From an uncultured Erysipelotrichaceae bacterium (GTDB lineage: Bacteria > Bacillota_I > Bacilli_A > RF39 > UBA660): a stretch of DNA of 64,000 nucleotides. A program made the position numbers and the translations under genes. The stretch spans positions 20,096-84,095 of the forward strand of contig CADCIN010000003.1 in the NCBI GenBank assembly GCA_902801525.1. Direction: 5' to 3'. The notes under the pieces were generated by a model that was not told the DNA's origin, made no database searches, and worked only from the letters and a program-made list of their open reading frames with translations. Positions 40,455-49,133 of the stretch are shown here, in pieces (the stretch's first letter is position 1; each line of letters opens with the position of its first letter).

Positions 40455-40482
40455 TTGACTTAAAACAAATAAGTGATACAAT
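40455..40482 (+). promoter_or_regulatory. strong sigma-A-type promoter with extended -10
   Basis: TTGACT (40455-40460), a 16-nt spacer, then TGaTACAAT (40474-40482). Confidence 0.55.
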
Positions 40483-40488
40483 ATAGTA

Positions 40489-40559
40489 GAATATGAAATA
40501 ATTAGGTGTAGATACATCTATTAATGGTACTAATTTTATAACAAGATTAGTACTTTTTT
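40489..40559 (+). ncRNA. candidate ~70-nt small RNA or attenuated leader
   Basis: The promoter above is followed by a GTACTAAT/ATTAGTAC stem (40527-40534/40546-40553) and a T6 run (40554-40559). There is no ORF inside. Confidence 0.4.
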
Positions 40560-40873
40560 CATATTCAACCAATCCCCCAATATTTATAATTTTATGGCCG
40601 AACTTTAGGCCATAAAGTTGTTAAAAAATATCTTGATTTTAGCCGAAAATATCAATTTTTACTATCTAAAAAGTGTGTACGATTGTTATACAGATTTTGG
40701 GAAGTCTTTATTTATAAGGGTTTATGAAAATAGCAAAGTTAACAATTGTATAACAATATTTTGAAATGTAAACACTTGTGTTTTTGCTAAACCCTTATGA
40801 AATAAGGGAAAACTCACCACTGGTGAGTTGTTTGTAAACAGGTCTTATCCTGCTTTATATAGATTGTTAAATT

Positions 40874-41047
40874 ATGGTCGAAGATTTTAAAAATTTAGCC
40901 GTAAAAATGCCCGAAGTTATGGCCGTAGATTTTTTAATTTTTTATTATTTTTTGGTCGAAATTTTTCTCATATTTATAGCTATATCACTAGTTATTTTTT
41001 TATGGGCTGTAATAAAAGTTAAAGCGCGTTATAATTTATTTAAGTAA
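40874..41047 (+). CDS. unannotated 57-aa hydrophobic peptide (MVEDFKNLAVKMPEVMAVDFLIFYYFLVEIFLIFIAISLVIFLWAVIKVKARYNLFK)
   Basis: I translated the frame by hand. It is below the ORF-track length cutoff. It has one long TM segment and a basic tail, but no obvious Shine-Dalgarno sequence. Confidence 0.35.
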   Translation: MVEDFKNLAVKMPEVMAVDFLIFYYFLVEIFLIFIAISLVIFLWAVIKVKARYNLFK

Positions 41048-41113
41048 TTAAAAAATGAAAGTTGGTGCTGACTATGAAATGAATTGTTTAAGAATTAAAG
41101 GGGGTAATATTTT

Positions 41114-41299
41114 ATGCAAGAAAGAAGTGATAAATATAATAATAAACTTAAATCATATATAGCAGAACTTGCTATGTTAGATTATATTTTTGATAATAAT
41201 TTAATTACTAATGATGAATATAAAATAATTAAAAATAAAATTGAACTTGAATATGCAAAGTATAAAACGTTAAACAATTCAGATTATAGTTTTGCATAA
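41114..41299 (+). CDS. small SHOCT-like protein upstream of the serine recombinase
   Basis: AAGGGGG RBS. LITNDEYKIIKNKIELEY resembles the SHOCT short C-terminal domain. Confidence 0.5.
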   Translation: MQERSDKYNNKLKSYIAELAMLDYIFDNNLITNDEYKIIKNKIELEYAKYKTLNNSDYSFA

Positions 41300-41348
41300 A
41301 ATACTATTTGAAATATGCTATTAATTCAACAATTATGGAAAGGAATTA

Positions 41349-43085
41349 ATGAATAACAAAGTTGAAGTAATAGCACCAACAAAGTGCTTAAATAAATTCA
41401 ATAATAATAAATTAATACGGGCTTGTGCTTATTGTAGAGTATCAACTGATAATGAAGATCAGAAAACTAGTTATGATTCACAAAGAATACATTATAAAAA
41501 TTATATTGAAGAAAACTCTAACTATGAATTTGTAGGTATCTATGCTGATGAAGGTATAACTGGAACTCAAACTAAAAAGAGAGAACAATTTAATTCTATG
41601 ATTAATAATGCTCTAAATGGTAAGATAGATTTAATAATAGCTAAATCTATTTCTAGATTTGCAAGAAATACAGTTGATACTTTAAATTGTGTTAGAACTC
41701 TAAGAGAACATAATGTAGATGTCTATTTTGAAAAAGAAAATATCCATACACTAGGTCTATCTAATGAATTATTTTTAACTTTATATAGTGCCTTCGCTCA
41801 AGCAGAAAGTGAATCAATATCAGAAAATGTTAAAGCTGGAGTCAGAATGAAAATGAAGCGTGGTGAATTAGTTGGTAAGTATGCACCATTTGGTTATATT
41901 TATGATAAAGAATTAAATAAGCTAGTCATAGATGAAAGCAAGAAATATATTATTATTTATATTTTTGAAGAATACTCTAAGGGTGTAGGTTTTAGAACTA
42001 TTGCTTTAAATCTTAATGAAAATAATATACCAAGTCCAACTGGTGTTAAATGGTGTCATGCTTCAGTTCGTAGAGTTATCACTAATGAGAAATATGTTGG
42101 AGATTTAAAGACTGGTAAATATTATTCTGATAATGTAATATCTCATAAAAGAAAGATAAATTATGGCGAGAAAGAACAATTCTTTACTTCTAATCATCAC
42201 GAACCTATTATATCACGTGAACTATGGGATAAATGCCAAGCAATATTACAAAAACGAAGTAAGATAGTTAAACCTGATGGTAATAGAGATAAATTCAGTA
42301 GAAAATATCCTTTTAGTAGTAAAATTTATTGTGGTATTTGTGGCGAAAGATTTATAAGACGTTCTTATAAAATAAGAAAGACTAATAAAGAAGTAGCTTA
42401 TTGGATATGTAGAAGTCATAGAAATAAAATAGAATGCTCTAATTTACTTCATTATAGACAAGAAGAATTAGAAGATATATTTGTTAAAGTTTATAACAAA
42501 CTAATTGAGAACAAAGAACAATATATTAATTCATTTATCAAAAAAGTTAATGATACTCTTTTAAATAATGATGATTATAATAACTCTAATAAAATTAAAG
42601 AAGAAATATCTAAACTTCAAAACAGATTATCAAATCTTATTGATTTAAAATTAGATAATAAAATATCTAAAGATATATTAGAAAGTAAAGAGTTTGAAAT
42701 TACTAATCAAATAAATGAATTAGAAAGTAAACTTGTATCTAATAAAGATTTAGAACTTACTAGAAAACAAAAGTTAGAACAAATAAACACAATATCTAAA
42801 ACATTAAAAGAATATCCCGGTCTTACTAAATTTAATGAAGATATATTTAATAATTTAGTAGATAGAATTATAATTGGTGAAGTATTAGATAACGGTGAAG
42901 AAGATTTATATAAAGTTAAATTTATACTTAAAACAGGTGAAATGATTAAAGATAATCTACCTAATAATACTTTAAAGATTGGCGACTATTTGGAACATTA
43001 TGGATTTAAAGTTAATAAGCAAGAATTAGAAATAAAAGAAGATAACGTGACTGCCTATGTGTTACGTAAGAACTCTTATGTATAG
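41349..43085 (+). CDS. large serine recombinase (intact)
   Basis: ACAYCRVSTDNEDQ catalytic N-terminus, a recombinase domain, a Zn ribbon (CGICGERF...CRSH) and a coiled coil, in 578 aa. Confidence 0.9.
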   Translation: MNNKVEVIAPTKCLNKFNNNKLIRACAYCRVSTDNEDQKTSYDSQRIHYKNYIEENSNYEFVGIYADEGITGTQTKKREQFNSMINNALNGKIDLIIAKSISRFARNTVDTLNCVRTLREHNVDVYFEKENIHTLGLSNELFLTLYSAFAQAESESISENVKAGVRMKMKRGELVGKYAPFGYIYDKELNKLVIDESKKYIIIYIFEEYSKGVGFRTIALNLNENNIPSPTGVKWCHASVRRVITNEKYVGDLKTGKYYSDNVISHKRKINYGEKEQFFTSNHHEPIISRELWDKCQAILQKRSKIVKPDGNRDKFSRKYPFSSKIYCGICGERFIRRSYKIRKTNKEVAYWICRSHRNKIECSNLLHYRQEELEDIFVKVYNKLIENKEQYINSFIKKVNDTLLNNDDYNNSNKIKEEISKLQNRLSNLIDLKLDNKISKDILESKEFEITNQINELESKLVSNKDLELTRKQKLEQINTISKTLKEYPGLTKFNEDIFNNLVDRIIIGEVLDNGEEDLYKVKFILKTGEMIKDNLPNNTLKIGDYLEHYGFKVNKQELEIKEDNVTAYVLRKNSYV

Positions 43086-43359
43086 ACCTGCAATTTTCTT
43101 TTCATTATTCATAAATTCTCAACTCCTTTTACTAAAAAAGAGGAGACAATAGTATCTAGTTAAAAGTCTAAATACTACTGACTCCTCTTAATAATTCAAT
43201 ATTATATAATTTGGATAATTTGTGTTTATATTTCATAGATGTACCTCTCTTTCTAGAGAATACCTCTTTTATTGGTTATTTATAATATCACTTTTTATAG
43301 ATTTGTCAATTCCCTGTTTAGGGAATAAGTAGTATCTTTAAGAAGTTGGTATATAAATA

Positions 43360-43635
43360 TTAATTTAATTGTTTTATAAATGACTCTAATTCGTTTATTT
43401 CAAATTTGTTTGATAAATTACCTACATATATAGTTTTTGAGTAATTAAAGGCTAAAAATGTTATTCCTTTAATAATTATTCTGTGTGGTTCTATGTATGA
43501 TAAATTAGTTCTATCAATTTTTCTTATATTACCATTTATTATTGTTGGAGTAGTGTTACAAAATCCACATATAAATTCTATTTTCTTTCTTAGTTCATCA
43601 TCAAACTCTAATTCTTTCTTTACAATATTAATCAT
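43360..43635 (-). CDS. hypothetical protein
   Basis: 91-aa ORF between the recombinase and the tRNA. I recognise no domain. Confidence 0.45.
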   Translation of the reverse strand: MINIVKKELEFDDELRKKIEFICGFCNTTPTIINGNIRKIDRTNLSYIEPHRIIIKGITFLAFNYSKTIYVGNLSNKFEINELESFIKQLN

Positions 43636-43742
43636 TTAAACCTGTCCTTTCTTTAATTAACAAAAAAATACCAACTTCTTTTAGAAATTGATATTTTCTA
43701 TATTAAATCCAAAACTATAAAAAGTCTGGACAGATTTCCCAA

Positions 43743-43829
43743 TGGTGCCTCCAGTCGGAATCGAACCGACATGATATTGCTATCACTGGATTTTGAGTCC
43801 AGCGCGTCTACCAGTTCCGCCATAGAGGC
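43743..43829 (-). tRNA. tRNA-Leu (anticodon CAA)
   Basis: The reverse complement folds as a cloverleaf: acceptor GCCTCTA/TGGAGGC, anticodon arm CTGGA-CTCAAAA-TCCAG, a long variable arm, T-arm CGGTTCGATTCCG, and an encoded CCA. Confidence 0.9.
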
Positions 43830-43866
43830 ATAACACATTAAAAGTATATCATATAAAAATATTTTT

Positions 43867-44298
43867 TTAAATACCTTTTCTTATATTAAACAATAATCTT
43901 AATTTTTTACAAGTATTTTTTTCATAATCTTTAACATTTAACGAATTTAAATTACATGTCAAAATAACATTATCAATGTCTCCTAACATATCAACTGTAC
44001 CAGTAAATGAAGTAGCATTTAATACTCTTCTTTGTTTATCTATATTAGCATGTTTAAGATTACTAACAAAATTAAATACAATCTTAGATTCTTCATCAGT
44101 AAGTTCAATATTATTTAAGTCAGTTAAAATATTATTAATATATTTTTTAGAATAAACTCTATAAATATTTTCTCCTTCTTTATAAAAGAAAACAATATCT
44201 CCTGCTTCAGCCATTGTCCAATTAGGAAAAATAATTCTATTTTTAGAATCTATTGAGCGTTTTTCAGCTTTACCAATCAAATATTCTTCTCCAAACAT
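43867..44298 (-). CDS. MraZ-like protein (orphan paralogue)
   Basis: MFGEEY...IDSKNRIIFP and IDKQRRVL echo the two MraZ DxxxR repeats. ATG at 44298 follows GGAGGGGA. The gene is not next to rsmH. Confidence 0.45.
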   Translation of the reverse strand: MFGEEYLIGKAEKRSIDSKNRIIFPNWTMAEAGDIVFFYKEGENIYRVYSKKYINNILTDLNNIELTDEESKIVFNFVSNLKHANIDKQRRVLNATSFTGTVDMLGDIDNVILTCNLNSLNVKDYEKNTCKKLRLLFNIRKGI

Positions 44299-44355
44299 AA
44301 ATTCCCCTCCAAATGGTACATATATTATCATAAAAAGGAAAAAATATCAATAGAT

Positions 44356-44640
44356 TTACTCAATAATACCAAATAGATCAATTATAATATAATTTTCCAA
44401 ATTATATTCAATATGTCCTTCAATTATAATTTCTTTATCAATTAATCTCTTAACAGATTCAATTTCATTTGAAATAAAATAAACAGGTATTTTATTATGT
44501 TTATTACAAACCTCATCATCATCAACTAATAGATATAATTTAATTGCACTCCTCTCTCCTAAATTAGTAGTCATTATCTCGTTAGTTACTTTACCTATAA
44601 GTGTAACTTCATTATTTAAAATTCTATTTTTCATGTTCAA
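44356..44640 (-). CDS. hypothetical protein
   Basis: 94-aa ORF, possibly an OB-fold by pattern only. Confidence 0.45.
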   Translation of the reverse strand: MNMKNRILNNEVTLIGKVTNEIMTTNLGERSAIKLYLLVDDDEVCNKHNKIPVYFISNEIESVKRLIDKEIIIEGHIEYNLENYIIIDLFGIIE

Positions 44641-44721
44641 TCTCTCCTCTCGTCAAACAATATACCCTATAAAAAAATAATTATCAAAGGAGTAAAATAC
44701 AAAATTAATAAGCAAAATCAC

Positions 44722-44753
44722 AAAAAAAAAAGCAAATTTCTCTATAGAAATTT
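44722..44753 (-). terminator. rho-independent terminator after scpB
   Basis: AAATTTCT-ctat-AGAAATTT stem with a T10 run on the minus strand. Confidence 0.6.
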
Positions 44754-44797
44754 ACATTTTACTTATTTTTTATAGTATAAATTACAAATTTAATAGC

Positions 44798-45385
44798 TTA
44801 TAAAGTTTCTACTTCCTTATATTTAGATTTATATAAATCAGTCTCAGAATCAATTTCTTCATCTTCCTCATTATTAATAAAATCATCTAAATTAGGTAAA
44901 TCAGATATATCAGAAAGACCAAAATAATCTAAAAATTCACTTGTAGTTTTATAAAGAATTGGTCTACCAGGTAACTCACTTCTAGCAGCTTCTCTAATAA
45001 ATCCTTTAGCAAGTAATTTTCTCAGTAATGATGCAGTAGAAACACCTCTTATTTTATCAAGTTCAACTCTTGTAATTGGTTCATTATATGCAATTATTGC
45101 AAGAGTCTCAAGTGCTGCTTGACTAAGTTTATTAGTTTCAGGATTCTCAATTAATTTTTGATAATATTCTCTATGTTCATATTTAGTAGTTAATTTAAAC
45201 TTATTTCCAAGGAAATCAATTCTAAGTCCTCTATTCTCACTTTCATAATCATGTTTAAGTTCTTTAAGTATTTCTTTCGCATCAACATCAGTAATTTCTA
45301 ATACATCTTCTATTTGTTCAAGACTTAACCCATCTTCTCCAACTACAAATAATAAACCTTCAAGTATTGCTTTGTTATTATTCAT
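44798..45385 (-). CDS. scpB: segregation and condensation protein B
   Basis: ILEGLLFVVGEDGLSLEQI ... ALETLAIIAYNEPITRVELDKIRGV. Confidence 0.9.
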   Translation of the reverse strand: MNNNKAILEGLLFVVGEDGLSLEQIEDVLEITDVDAKEILKELKHDYESENRGLRIDFLGNKFKLTTKYEHREYYQKLIENPETNKLSQAALETLAIIAYNEPITRVELDKIRGVSTASLLRKLLAKGFIREAARSELPGRPILYKTTSEFLDYFGLSDISDLPNLDDFINNEEDEEIDSETDLYKSKYKEVETL

Positions 45386-46097
45386 TAGGCACCTCACATA
45401 TTATTTCATCAAATGTATTATTTTGAACAATTATTAATTGATGACTCTTTGCCATTTCTAAAACTGCAAGAAAAGTCGCAACTATATATTCTTTATTAAC
45501 AATAGGAAATAATTCATTAAATGAAACTTTCTTTTTATCTTTTAATAATCCAGATATAAACTTCTTTCTAGAAGAAACACTAATCTCATTCACAGTAACT
45601 TTAGTATGTAATGGTTTATTATCTTTTTGTCTTTCTAAAAATCTAATAAAAGCATTAGTTAAATCATCAATAGTTAAATCTGAACTAATACTTATATTTT
45701 GATCATCAATATAATTATTAATATTTTCTGGATTTTTAGTATAAATTTTACTTCTCTCTGCTTCCCTTTCTTCAAGAACTTTTGTAATATCTTTATAAGC
45801 TTGATATTCAACAAGTCTTTTAACTAAATCATCTCTTGGATCTTCCTCTTCTTCATCCTCAATCTTAGGATTTGGTAAAAGCATTTTTGATTTAATTTCT
45901 ATAAGTTCTGCCGCAAGAACTAAATATTCACTCGCGACATCTAAATTAAGACTTTTTTGAAGTTCAATATAATTAACATATTGTCTAGTTATTTTTTCTA
46001 TCTCAATATTAAAAATATCCATCTTATTTTCTTTTATTAAATGAAGAAGTAAATCAAGTGGACCTTCAAAGTCATTAATCTTAAATTCCATTTCCAT
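45378..46097 (-). CDS. scpA: segregation and condensation protein A
   Basis: FEGPLDLLLHLI kleisin N-terminus. I moved the start to MEMEFKIN, which follows GGAGTG. Confidence 0.9.
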   Translation of the reverse strand: MEMEFKINDFEGPLDLLLHLIKENKMDIFNIEIEKITRQYVNYIELQKSLNLDVASEYLVLAAELIEIKSKMLLPNPKIEDEEEEDPRDDLVKRLVEYQAYKDITKVLEEREAERSKIYTKNPENINNYIDDQNISISSDLTIDDLTNAFIRFLERQKDNKPLHTKVTVNEISVSSRKKFISGLLKDKKKVSFNELFPIVNKEYIVATFLAVLEMAKSHQLIIVQNNTFDEIICEVPNE

Positions 46098-46160
46098 ACT
46101 AACACTCCAAACTAAAGTAATTATATCATAAACTAAAAACATATGCTATAATGTTTAAAG

Positions 46161-46472
46161 GTGATTGAAATGAAAAACTTTACAATGAGAGATGAGTCAT
46201 TTATTTGTGAAAACTGTAGAAAAGAAATCAAACCACTTGGTTATACTGCGAGAGACCATTGTCCATACTGTCTATATTCAAAACATCTAGATATTATGCC
46301 AGGAGATAGATTAAATGAATGTAAAGGACTATTAAAACCCATAGGAATTGAAAAATTTAAAGATACATATAAAATTGTCTATAAATGCGAAAAATGCAAC
46401 GAGTTTCATAAAAATATAATTGCAAAAGATGATGATATGACAGAAATAATTAATATATCAAAAAATAACTAG
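46161..46472 (+). CDS. RNHCP domain protein
   Basis: RDHCPYCLYSKHLD and a second CxxC pair. Confidence 0.7.
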   Translation: MIEMKNFTMRDESFICENCRKEIKPLGYTARDHCPYCLYSKHLDIMPGDRLNECKGLLKPIGIEKFKDTYKIVYKCEKCNEFHKNIIAKDDDMTEIINISKNN

Positions 46473-46481
46473 TACAAAATA

Positions 46482-46820
46482 CTAGTTATTTTTATTTAAT
46501 AATAAGTCAAAATAATCATTTAACTCATCTTTAACTAAATTAATCATATCATTAACTTTTTCTAAGTTTCTTAAATAATCTACATATAAAGGAATAGACT
46601 CTAATCTTTTATTAGTTAAATCTAATTCATTTTTAATACCTTCATCTTTAGATCCACTACGTACATACTTCTTTTGAAGTACTTTAACTTTACTAATTAA
46701 AGACTTAATCTCATCATTATTTTCCATTTTAGAAGATATCTTTAAACATTCTTGATACTCAAAAGAATTTTTAATATAGTTGACAATCTCTATAATATAT
46801 TTATTTACTTGCTTCTCCAT
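46482..46820 (-). CDS. YlbF/YmcA-family regulator
   Basis: 112-aa helical protein directly downstream of miaB, as with B. subtilis ymcB-ymcA. Confidence 0.65.
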   Translation of the reverse strand: MEKQVNKYIIEIVNYIKNSFEYQECLKISSKMENNDEIKSLISKVKVLQKKYVRSGSKDEGIKNELDLTNKRLESIPLYVDYLRNLEKVNDMINLVKDELNDYFDLLLNKNN

Positions 46821-48216
46821 CTAGACTCCATGTTTTACTATTAGTAATTTTAACATCAACTATATCCCCTGGTTTAACTTCTACATCACTTGTAAAATTA
46901 ACAAGCTTATTAGTATCACTATAACCAAAATACATATTCTTTTTACTTGATATTCCTTCTACAAGTACAGGTAAAATCTTACCTTCTAATTTCTTATTAT
47001 TTTCTAAGAAATATTTATTAACTATCTCATTAAGTCTTTGAAGTCTTTCTTCCCTAACTTCTTGTTTTACATTATCTTTTAATTTACAAGCAGGAGTTCC
47101 TTCTCTTTCACTATAAATAAAAGTAAATGCATTATCATACTTACAGTGATTAACCACATCCAAAGTATCTAAGAAGTCCTCTTCCTCTTCTCCAGGAAAT
47201 CCAACAATGATATCAGTACTTACCATACAATTAGGTATTTTTTCTTTAATTTTATCAAATAATTCCAAATATTCTTCTTTAGTATAACGTCTACCCATTA
47301 ATTTAAGTACTTTATTAGACCCACTTTGTACAGGTAAATGAATACTAGGCATAATATTTGGATATTTTGCAATTACATCTATCATATGATCTGTAAAATC
47401 CCATGGATGTGAAGTCATAAATCTAACTCTTGGAATATTAGTTTTAGCAATATCTTCAAGTAATTCACCCATAAAATAATCATCATATAAATCTTTTCCA
47501 TATGCATTAACATTTTGTCCTAGAATAGTAACTTCTTTATAACCATCTCTAACAAGTTCATCTATCTCTTTTAATATATCTTCTTTTTTTCTACTTCTTT
47601 CTCTACCTCTTGTATAAGGCACAATACAATATGTACAAAATTTATTACATCCATAAATAATATTCACAAAAGCTTTATAACTATTAGCTCTTTTAACAGG
47701 TAGATTTTCAATTAAATCTCCCTCTCTAGAATATACTTCTATTTGTTGTTTATTCTCACTAATAGCTTTATCAAGTATATCAGGAAGTTGATATAAATTA
47801 TGAGTACCAAATACAAAATTAACCCATTTATAATTATTTAATATATCATTAACCACACCAACTTCTTGAGCCATACAACCACATAATCCAACTATTAAAT
47901 CAGGATTATATTCTTTTAAATGTTTAAGTCTACCAAGCATACCAAATGCTTTATTATGAGCATTTTCTCTAACAGAACATGTATTAAGTAAAACTAAATC
48001 AGCATTTTGATAATCATCGATTCTTTTAAACCCAAGTTTTTCAAGTAAAGCTGCAATATTCTCACTATCATGTTCATTCATTTGACAACCATAAGTTTTT
48101 AAATAAAAACTCTTACCTTCATACTTATTTAAAACATCATCATTAAGTTTAAAAGCAATAGTATTATAATCTCTTTTATCTCTTAATTTTTCTTCTAATA
48201 AATCAGGTAAATTCAT
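46801..48216 (-). CDS. miaB: tRNA-2-methylthio-N6-dimethylallyladenosine synthase
   Basis: UPF0004 domain (TYGCQMNEHDSE), the rSAM motif CNKFCTYC and a TRAM domain. Confidence 0.9.
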   Translation of the reverse strand: MNLPDLLEEKLRDKRDYNTIAFKLNDDVLNKYEGKSFYLKTYGCQMNEHDSENIAALLEKLGFKRIDDYQNADLVLLNTCSVRENAHNKAFGMLGRLKHLKEYNPDLIVGLCGCMAQEVGVVNDILNNYKWVNFVFGTHNLYQLPDILDKAISENKQQIEVYSREGDLIENLPVKRANSYKAFVNIIYGCNKFCTYCIVPYTRGRERSRKKEDILKEIDELVRDGYKEVTILGQNVNAYGKDLYDDYFMGELLEDIAKTNIPRVRFMTSHPWDFTDHMIDVIAKYPNIMPSIHLPVQSGSNKVLKLMGRRYTKEEYLELFDKIKEKIPNCMVSTDIIVGFPGEEEEDFLDTLDVVNHCKYDNAFTFIYSEREGTPACKLKDNVKQEVREERLQRLNEIVNKYFLENNKKLEGKILPVLVEGISSKKNMYFGYSDTNKLVNFTSDVEVKPGDIVDVKITNSKTWSLDGEASK

Positions 48217-48271
48217 AATATCACTTCCATTCGCTAAACATAATAATACTAAAAAAACAAATAAAAAGCAA

Positions 48272-48964
48272 CTAATTAGTTGCTTCCATCATTGAATTAT
48301 ACAAAATATTATTAAGTATTTTATTATTATCTTTCATAATAGCTTTTTCAATAATTTCTTTATTATAATCTAATTTTAAATAAACATTCTCCATATTAGG
48401 TAAAAGTTCTTTTTTACCTAAACTATTAAATATAATTTTCATATTATTAATCTTTGAATATTTACCATAATTAGAATTATTTATACATAAGTTAATTAAA
48501 TTCTTAAAAGATATCATATCGAACCTATCAAATCTTTTATCTTCAAAAAATTTAAGTGCTGCAACTGACTTATTTTTTAATGCCAAATCCATTGCAGTTT
48601 CATTTTTATTATTTTTAATATTAGGAATATAATTTTTTTTCTTTAAAAGTTTGATTATAATTTGTAAACCCTTTAAAGAACAATCGCTTGCAAGTATATG
48701 TCCAAATGTATTTCCATCTAAATTTTGATGATTGACTTTCCAATCTCTCTTAGTCATTAAATTAATAACTAAATCATATTGTCTATACTTAAGTAATTTC
48801 ATCATAACATCATTACCCATATTATCATATGTATTAATACTAACAACATTTTTTTTAATTAGTTCATAAACAATATCACTATATCCATCTTTAATAAGAG
48901 TAAAAATCAGGGATGGATCCTCCTCACACGATTTCATAGCTTGCGCTTTATCATAAAATATCAT
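48272..48964 (-). CDS. ankyrin-repeat protein
   Basis: Repeated xxGNTxLHxA-like units (DNMGNDVMMKLL, DGNTFGHILA, NETAMDLAL). Confidence 0.6.
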   Translation of the reverse strand: MIFYDKAQAMKSCEEDPSLIFTLIKDGYSDIVYELIKKNVVSINTYDNMGNDVMMKLLKYRQYDLVINLMTKRDWKVNHQNLDGNTFGHILASDCSLKGLQIIIKLLKKKNYIPNIKNNKNETAMDLALKNKSVAALKFFEDKRFDRFDMISFKNLINLCINNSNYGKYSKINNMKIIFNSLGKKELLPNMENVYLKLDYNKEIIEKAIMKDNNKILNNILYNSMMEATN

Positions 48965-49133
48965 ATAAACACCTCTTCAATCACATGACAGATATATATT
49001 TTATCAAAAAAAGTCAAATATGTCAAATTACCATCTCTCCTCTCTATAATTTCATAGTGATTTCATAATATAAATTTTATTCACAAAAATAAAAATTTAT
49101 AGTAAAATAAATTATGATATGTGAGGATAAAAA

